From an uncultured Acidobacteriota bacterium (GTDB lineage: Bacteria; Acidobacteriota; Vicinamibacteria; Vicinamibacterales; 2-12-FULL-66-21): a DNA stretch of 64,000 nucleotides. The DNA is taken from contig CAWIAX010000003.1 of the NCBI GenBank assembly GCA_963834305.1, positions 838,816 through 902,815 of the forward strand, given 5' to 3'. Every line of letters begins with the position of its first letter. The first letter of the stretch is position 1. The notes under the pieces are model-generated. The model ran no database searches and was not told where the DNA came from. It saw nothing but the letters and a program-made list of their open reading frames with translations. The translations under genes were made by a program, and so were the position numbers. This document shows positions 58,392-64,000 of the stretch, piece after piece.

Positions 58392-59063
58392 CTAGGCGGG
58401 AACGACGAGCACTTTGGAGGCGGCGCGGGTGCCGATGGTCGTCAGCTCGCCGCTTCCGCTCCGGACAGTCACGCTGTCGGAGGCCTCATCGCGGGCCTCG
58501 ATCTCGACATGCTGGCCCGGCTTGAGGTGCCGCTGCTCGATGAAGCGGAGGAACTCCGCATCCTGGGCCATGACGCGGGCCACGACCAGGCCGCGGCGCA
58601 GCGGCGCCGAGAGCAGGTCCGGATAGGTCTGCCGCGCCAGCTCCCCTTCCGGGCCGGGAATCGGATCCCCGTGGGGATCGACGGCGGGGCGGCCGAGCAT
58701 CTCGTCAATCCGGTCGATCAGGCGCTCCGAGACGGCGTGCTCCAGCCGTTCGGCCTCGTCGTGCACCTCGCTCCAGTTCATGCCCAGAACCTGCACGAGG
58801 AACTGCTCGATCAGGCGGTGCCGCCGCAGCACGAGGGCGGCCAGGCGTTCGCCGGCCGGTGTCAGCCGCACCCCCATGTACGGCTCGTAGCGCGCCAGGC
58901 CGGACTCCGCGAGCGTCTTCACCATGGTCGTTGCCGTGCCCGGCACGACGCCCAGGGATGCGGCGATCTGCCCCATCGGCACGAGCGCATCGGGATCGGC
59001 TTGCGCGCCCTGCGCCACGTAAATGGCCTTGAGGTAGTTCTCGACGGTCTGCGAGGCCAGCAT
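58392..59063 (-). CDS. DtxR/IdeR/MntR-family metal-dependent transcriptional regulator
   Basis: ATG 59063 gives MLASQTVENYLKAIYVAQ...VPGTATTMVKTLAESGLARYEPYMGVRLTPAGERLAALVLRRHRLIEQFL...[10 protein letters not shown], plus a C-terminal SH3-like domain. 223 aa. Confidence 0.85.
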   Translation of the reverse strand: MLASQTVENYLKAIYVAQGAQADPDALVPMGQIAASLGVVPGTATTMVKTLAESGLARYEPYMGVRLTPAGERLAALVLRRHRLIEQFLVQVLGMNWSEVHDEAERLEHAVSERLIDRIDEMLGRPAVDPHGDPIPGPEGELARQTYPDLLSAPLRRGLVVARVMAQDAEFLRFIEQRHLKPGQHVEIEARDEASDSVTVRSGSGELTTIGTRAASKVLVVPA

Positions 59064-59088
59064 CGGCCGTAGATTATCATCCGGGTGC

Positions 59089-59823
59089 GTGGTGCGACCT
59101 TCGCGGCGGCCGTCCCTGCGGCGCGCCTTCACGACCCCCGACGACAAGCGATCCTACGTTCGCCACCTGTTCGACGTGATCGCGCCGCGCTACGACCTCA
59201 TCACCGGGCTGCTGTCGTACGGACAGGACCGCCGGTGGAAACGCCGCCTCATCGCGCTGGCTGAGCTCGACGCGCGCTCGATGGTGCTCGACCTCGCCTG
59301 TGGCACCGGGGACCTGACATTTGCCGCCGCCGCGCGCGGCGGCCGGGCCGTCGGGCTGGACATCACCCAGCGCATGCTCGACATCGCCAGCCGGAAGCCC
59401 GAAGCCGCCCGCGGCGGCGTGTCGTTCGTGACCGGCGACATGGCCGCGCTGCCGTTCGCCGACGGCACCTTCGACGTGGTGACGACCGGCTACGGCCTGC
59501 GCAACGTGCCGCACCTGACCGCGGCGCTCGCCGAGATCCACCGCGTGCTGACGCCGGGTGGCATGCTGCTCTCGCTCGACTTCGACCGGCCGCGCAATCC
59601 TGCCGTGCGCGCCATCTATCTCTCCTACCTGACCGTCGTCGGCTCGGTCCTAGGTCTGGTGCTGCACCGGAATCCGGATACCTACCGCTACATTCCCGAG
59701 TCAATCCGCCGCTACCCCGGCGCTGCGGGCGTGTGCGCCCTGGCGCGGGAGCTTGGCTACAGCGCCTGCCGCCACGAGCCGGTGCTCGGCGGCCTGATGG
59801 CGATTCATGTCGCGCGAAAATAG
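59089..59823 (+). CDS. ubiE: Demethylmenaquinone / ubiquinone-menaquinone biosynthesis C-methyltransferase
   Basis: 244 aa. Motifs FDVIAPRYDLITGLLSYGQDRRWKR, the SAM motif VLDLACGTGD, and GYGLRNV. Confidence 0.85.
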   Translation: MVRPSRRPSLRRAFTTPDDKRSYVRHLFDVIAPRYDLITGLLSYGQDRRWKRRLIALAELDARSMVLDLACGTGDLTFAAAARGGRAVGLDITQRMLDIASRKPEAARGGVSFVTGDMAALPFADGTFDVVTTGYGLRNVPHLTAALAEIHRVLTPGGMLLSLDFDRPRNPAVRAIYLSYLTVVGSVLGLVLHRNPDTYRYIPESIRRYPGAAGVCALARELGYSACRHEPVLGGLMAIHVARK

Positions 59824-60145
59824 TCAGATGGTGTTCCTTTTCGTTCCATCTGTGTTACTATCTCCCGTCGGAATCTAGATGCCCGACATCGCTGCCGGCA
59901 GTCGTCCTTCACACTGCTGCGCAATCGTGCAAGAAAACTCGTGAGCCTCCCCAGCAACGAGCGATTGTAGTGTCCGTGTCGTGACGTCCGTGTACGTCTC
60001 CCGGCGCAGGCCTTCCGTGAAAGTCGTCCAGCGCGTGGCTATTGCGGCCGGCGTGCTCGAGGCGTCTTCGCGGGTGTTGCGGCTGTCGCGCTAAACCGAA
60101 ACATTCTCGGGAACCGTCCGCCGTCGTGCGGGCCTGTGCAAACTC

Positions 60146-62615
60146 GTGAATCTTCTCGACTCATTACTCGACGCTATCGTTCGTCTCGACGGCGACGCCC
60201 TGGTCATGCACGTCGGCGAAAAGCCGTACGTGGTCACGACCTCCGAAGCGACCGGCGAGTTCCGCGGACCGCTGGCCTGGGGGCAGGTCGAGCTGTCCTC
60301 GCGCGCGCTGACGTCGCAGGCGGTCATCGGCATGCTCGGCCAGATCCTGCCGATCGATCAGCGGGCGGCGCTCGACGAGTACGGCGCGACCGACTACGAC
60401 GTCTCGGCGGCCAACGATTCATCCGAGCGCTTCACCATCGTCGCGGCGCGCGGCGGCGACGACATCTGGCTCGAGATCCGCCGGCTGGCCCGCCAGCGCG
60501 CCGAGTTTCCCGCCGTGCCGACCCCCGCCGAAACGCTGGCGGCCACGCCCGCGGCCGTGGCGCCGGCGCCTCAGGAGGCGCACGAGCCCGTGCTGGCCGC
60601 TGCGCCGGTCGAGGAGTCTCCGGCCGGGCAGGACGCGGCAGACACGCCGGACGCTGCCGCCGCGGTGCAGGAAACGGTGCCCGCCGACGAGGCTGTCTAC
60701 GCCGAAGAGACCGCTCACCTGGAAGCGGAGGCCTTCGCGCGCGAATCGGTCGAGGATTCTGGTCGCCAGTCAGCAGGCGTGGAACGACGATGTGATGACG
60801 GAAGGGGACCTCGGCGAGCTGCTTCGCGCCTCGGCCACGGCGGTCCTGCTGGAACCCGAGGAGGAGCCGGTTCCCTACGATCTCGCGCCGGAGCCCGCTT
60901 TCGTCGTGGTCGAGGAAGATCCGACGCAGGCGTCCGCCGAGGATCTGACCGGCCCCGGGTTCGAGCTCGAGTTCCCCGCCGCCAGCGAACCGCACGAGGA
61001 CGCCGCCTCACCGGCCCGGACGACGGCGCAGGAAGTCGTGAGGGCCACGCACGAGGCCCTGATGGCGGCGCAGGGCGTCAACGTCCTCGAGGAAGACCCC
61101 GCAGTTATTGCCGACGAACAGCCCGCGCCAGCGGCCGAGCAGGAGATCGCCACGGTGTCATTCGACGAACATGTGCCTGAAGGGCAGCCCTTCGAGCTTC
61201 ACCCCGTAAATGCCGACCAGTCGCCGGCGGCCGGCGAAACCGGAATCAGCGCCGGCTTCCACGCCGCGGACGCGACGGCATCCGCCGAGCCGCTCTTCAC
61301 CGTGGTGGCGACGGGCGCCGACACGGTGGCGGAGCCGGCCGCCCGCGCGAGCGAAGCCGCCAGCACCGGCGAGACCGCCAGCACCGGCGAGACCGCCAGC
61401 GCCGGTGACGCCTCCGGAACCGCGGAGCCCGAAGGCGAGGAGGCGCCCTCGTTCCGCCATGCCGGCGTGGTGGTGCCGCTGCGTCAGCCGCGTGCCGACG
61501 GGGTGGGCGATGCCAAGGGAGGGGTGGCGGCGATGCTGCAGCGTCTCCTCAGGCTGGCGGCGGCGCGCGGCGCGTCGACGGTCTATGTCGTGGCGCAGTC
61601 GGCGCCGATGGTGCGGGTCGATGGCGAGTTCAGCGTGCTCGATGGTGAGCCGTCGCTGAATACGGCGTTCGTCGAGCGGCTGCTGGCCGAGCTGACGCCG
61701 CGCACCCGCGACGCGGCTGCCGGGCCGGCCGCCGAGTGGGTTGCCGACGTGCCCGAGATCGGGCGCGTCCGCTGCGTCACGTTCCGGGATCACCGCGGCC
61801 CCGGCATCATCTTCCGGATGGTGCCGTCGCGCGCGATCGCGGCGGACCACCTCGGGCTCTCGGCCGAAGTGCAGGCGCTCTGCGCCGAGGCGGATGGCCT
61901 GGTGCTCGTGGCCGGCGGCCGCGGCAGCGGCCGCTCCACCCTGCTCTCGTCGTTCGTCGACCTCGTCAACCGGACCCGCAGCGATCATGTGATCACCGCT
62001 GAATCGCACATCGAGTTCGTGCACGAGAACAAGCGATCCTTCATCAGCCAGCGCGACGTGCGCGGCAGCGCCGAAGCCGTCGCGGCGGCGGTCCGCGCCG
62101 CCTGCCGCGAGGAACCCGACGTGCTCGTCGTGGAGGACCTGCGCACGCCGGAGCTGGTGTCGCTGGCCCTCGAGGCCGCCGAATCCGGGCGCCTGGTCTT
62201 CGGGTCGGTGCCGGCGGTCTCCGCCGTCTCGGCGGTCGAGCGCATGCTCGAGATGTTCCCGGCCGAGCGGCGCGAGAAAGCGCAGGCTTCGCTCGCCGGG
62301 GTGCTGCGCGGCGTCGTCTCCCAGGTCCTGCTCCGGCGGCTCCGCGGCGGGCGGGTGGCCGCCCGCGAAGTGCTCATCAATACGCCAGGCGTCGCCAGCC
62401 TCATCGCCGAAGGGAAGACGTTCGAGCTGCACGCGGCCCTCGAGAACGGCCGCCGCGACGGCATGGTGCCGTTCGCGGAATCGCTGGCCACGCTCGTGCG
62501 GGAGGGCACCGTTCATCCCGCGCATGCGCACCGCAAGGCGCCGGACCGGGAGAAGTTCCTGTCGATTCTGCGGCGCGACGGCATCGATACTTCGATCGCG
62601 GAGCGCCTCGCCTAG
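60146..62615 (+). pseudogene. PilT/PilU-like ATPase with degenerate nucleotide motifs, duplicated PilT-N-like domain and long acidic linker. Read as one gene with a frame switch near 60755; alternatively two genes, 60146-about 60760 and 60792-62615.
   Basis: ORF 60146 gives MNLLDSLLDAIVRLDGDALVMHVGEKPYVV...ERFTIVAARGGDDIWLEIRRL (PilT N-domain-like), then an A/E/P-rich linker that turns to Arg-rich noise after about 60755. The +1 frame continues ILVASQQAWNDDVMTEGDLGELL... into ORF 60792-62615. That ORF contains a second N-domain (STVYVVAQSAPMVRVDGEF) and an ATPase core with Walker A AGGRGSGRSTLL, Walker B PDVLVVEDLR, and SGRLVFGSVPA in place of the His box. Confidence 0.65.
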
Positions 62616-62628
62616 ATACGATAGGGCG

Positions 62629-63057
62629 ATGGAAGTGTCCGACGTCCGGCGGCGACTGCGCGCCGCCATTGAGTCCGCGCGGAAAACGGCGCAGGAACGC
62701 CGCGTGCGTTCCGACCAGGCCGCCCGCGAATACGAGGTCTTCCTCCGGGAGACCGCGGTCCCGGTTTTTCAGGTGTTCGCCTCGGCGCTGGTCGCCGAGG
62801 GACATCGCTTCAAGGTGGCGACGCCGGCGGAGTCCGTCCGCCTCACCTCCGAGTCGAGCCCGGAGGACTTCATCGAGCTGGCGCTCGACGCGGCAGCCGA
62901 TCCGCCGATCGTGCTCGGGCAGGTCAGCCGCGGGCGGGGCCGGCGCGGTGTGACCGCCGAGCGCCCGATCAAGCCGGCGGCTGCGGTGGCCGAGCTCACC
63001 AAAGACGACGTGCTCGCCTTCCTCGTCAGCGAAATCCCGCCGTTCGTCGAACGCTGA
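62629..63057 (+). CDS. Hypothetical protein
   Basis: ATG 62629 is 14 nt after the PilT-like stop. 142 aa: MEVSDVRRRLRAAIESARKTAQERRVRSDQAAREYEVFLRETAVPVFQVFASALVAEGHRFKV... No family recognised. Confidence 0.5.
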   Translation: MEVSDVRRRLRAAIESARKTAQERRVRSDQAAREYEVFLRETAVPVFQVFASALVAEGHRFKVATPAESVRLTSESSPEDFIELALDAAADPPIVLGQVSRGRGRRGVTAERPIKPAAAVAELTKDDVLAFLVSEIPPFVER

Positions 63058-63107
63058 GCCTGACGTCCGCCCGGTCGCCAGCCCCCGGGCGGCGGACGCG
63101 GCGCGCC

Positions 63108-64000
63108 TCAGATGGCCGCGTCCCTCCGCAGCGCCTCGATCTCGGCATCGCCCAACCCGAGCTCGCGGAGCACGGCACCGGTGTGCTGTCCGAGCGTCGG
63201 CGGCGCCGACCGCACGCCGCCCGGCGTCCCCGACAGCTTGATCGGCACCCCCAGCAGGCGCAGGTGGCCGGCGGCGGCATGGTCCACCGCCACGATCATC
63301 TCGCGCGCCTCGATCTGCGGATCCTCGAGCGCCTCCGCCACGGTCCGGACGCTCCCGCAGGGCACCCCCGCCGCGCGCAGCCGCGCTATCCACTCGGCCC
63401 GGGGCCGCGTCCGGAGCCGGGTCGCGAGCGTGATCCTCAGCGAGTCGTACTCCGCGACCCGCCCGGCATTCGTGGCGAAGCGCGGGTCACTCGCGGCGTC
63501 CTCCAGGCCGGCCACCTGACAGAACCGCTGCCACTGCTGATCGTTCCCGACCGAGAGTACGAAGTCGCCGTCGGCGGCGGGGAAGGTGTCGTACGGCGCG
63601 ATCGTCGGGTGCCGGTTGCCCATCCGCCCGGCCGGTTCTCCCGTGGCGAAGAAGTACGACGCCTGGTACGTCAGCAGCGCGAGCGTGGCGTCGAGCAGCC
63701 CGATGTCCACCCGCTGGCCCCGTCCCGATCGCTCGCGCGCCAGCAGCGCGAGCAGGATGCCCTGCGCCGCCAGCATGCCGGTGACGATGTCGGAGATCGC
63801 GACGCCGAGACGGTAGGGAGGGCCGGCCGGGTCGCCGGTGATGCTCATCAGCCCCCCTTCGGCCTGCGCCACGGCGTCGTAGCCGGGCTCGTCCTTCCGC
63901 GGGCCCGCCTGCCCGAAGCCCGAGATCGAGCAGTAGACCAGCCGCGGCCAGCGCCCGGCCAGCGCCGCGTAGCCGAGACCGAGCCGTTCCATGGTGCCCG
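63108..64000 (-). CDS. CaiB/BaiF family (class III) CoA-transferase; the N-terminus lies beyond the window end
   Basis: The track ORF 63108-63992 reading frame stays open to the window edge. Motifs YCSISGFGQAGP, GYDAVAQAEGGLMSITG, RHPTIAPYDTF and PPTLGQHT. Confidence 0.85.
   Translation of the reverse strand, partial: GTMERLGLGYAALAGRWPRLVYCSISGFGQAGPRKDEPGYDAVAQAEGGLMSITGDPAGPPYRLGVAISDIVTGMLAAQGILLALLARERSGRGQRVDIGLLDATLALLTYQASYFFATGEPAGRMGNRHPTIAPYDTFPAADGDFVLSVGNDQQWQRFCQVAGLEDAASDPRFATNAGRVAEYDSLRITLATRLRTRPRAEWIARLRAAGVPCGSVRTVAEALEDPQIEAREMIVAVDHAAAGHLRLLGVPIKLSGTPGGVRSAPPTLGQHTGAVLRELGLGDAEIEALRRDAAI

Overview
Very GC-rich chromosomal segment. The gene content looks like Acidobacteriota: CarboxypepD_reg-type TonB receptors, an acidobacterial-type VWA protein, DUF4331, and many TPR or secreted proteins. 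The taxon is inference only. I can support about 58 protein-coding genes, a few promoter, operator and terminator candidates, and two intergenic heptanucleotide repeat arrays. I saw no rRNA, tRNA, CRISPR array, transposase, integrase or phage genes. Most long track ORFs that are Arg/Gly/Pro-rich are antisense or off-frame shadows of real genes, a high-GC artefact, and I ignored them. Main content:
(1) A sensory island at 9.6-17.4 kb: Zn-ribbon Ser/Thr kinase, NTF2-like protein, CHASE2 adenylate cyclase translationally coupled to an M48 protease, and an MscS channel with a cNMP-binding domain.
(2) A minus-strand signalling cluster at 44.2-50.0 kb: PH-domain membrane protein overlapping a receiver-less sigma54 activator, then a possible sigma54 promoter, then an S8 protease overlapping a polytopic HD-GYP/GAF/GGDEF protein.
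(3) Iron genes: a membrane-anchored DtxR-FeoA fusion coupled to FeoB, a second DtxR paralog, an FTR1 permease, and AT-rich palindromic operator candidates.
(4) An orphan DGQHR (DndB-like) gene with its own promoter-like element and the only textbook intrinsic terminator in the window.
(5) A degenerate PilT-like ATPase with a duplicated N-domain.
(6) Two arrays of tandem 7-nt repeats sharing a GGGGAGGG..AAAG head. One array pair forms a roughly 180-nt inverted structure.
Major caveat and finding: between about 22.5 and 43.6 kb, and again in feoB (54.9-57.2 kb), roughly fifty 1-nt frame switches interrupt otherwise well-conserved genes. This count is a by-eye lower bound. Several switches are fixed by lengthening a 5-nt G/C homopolymer by one base. 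That points to consensus indel errors rather than classical gene decay, but the density is patchy and cannot be resolved without reads. No single clearly novel system is proven. The best candidates for follow-up are items 1, 2, 4 and 6.
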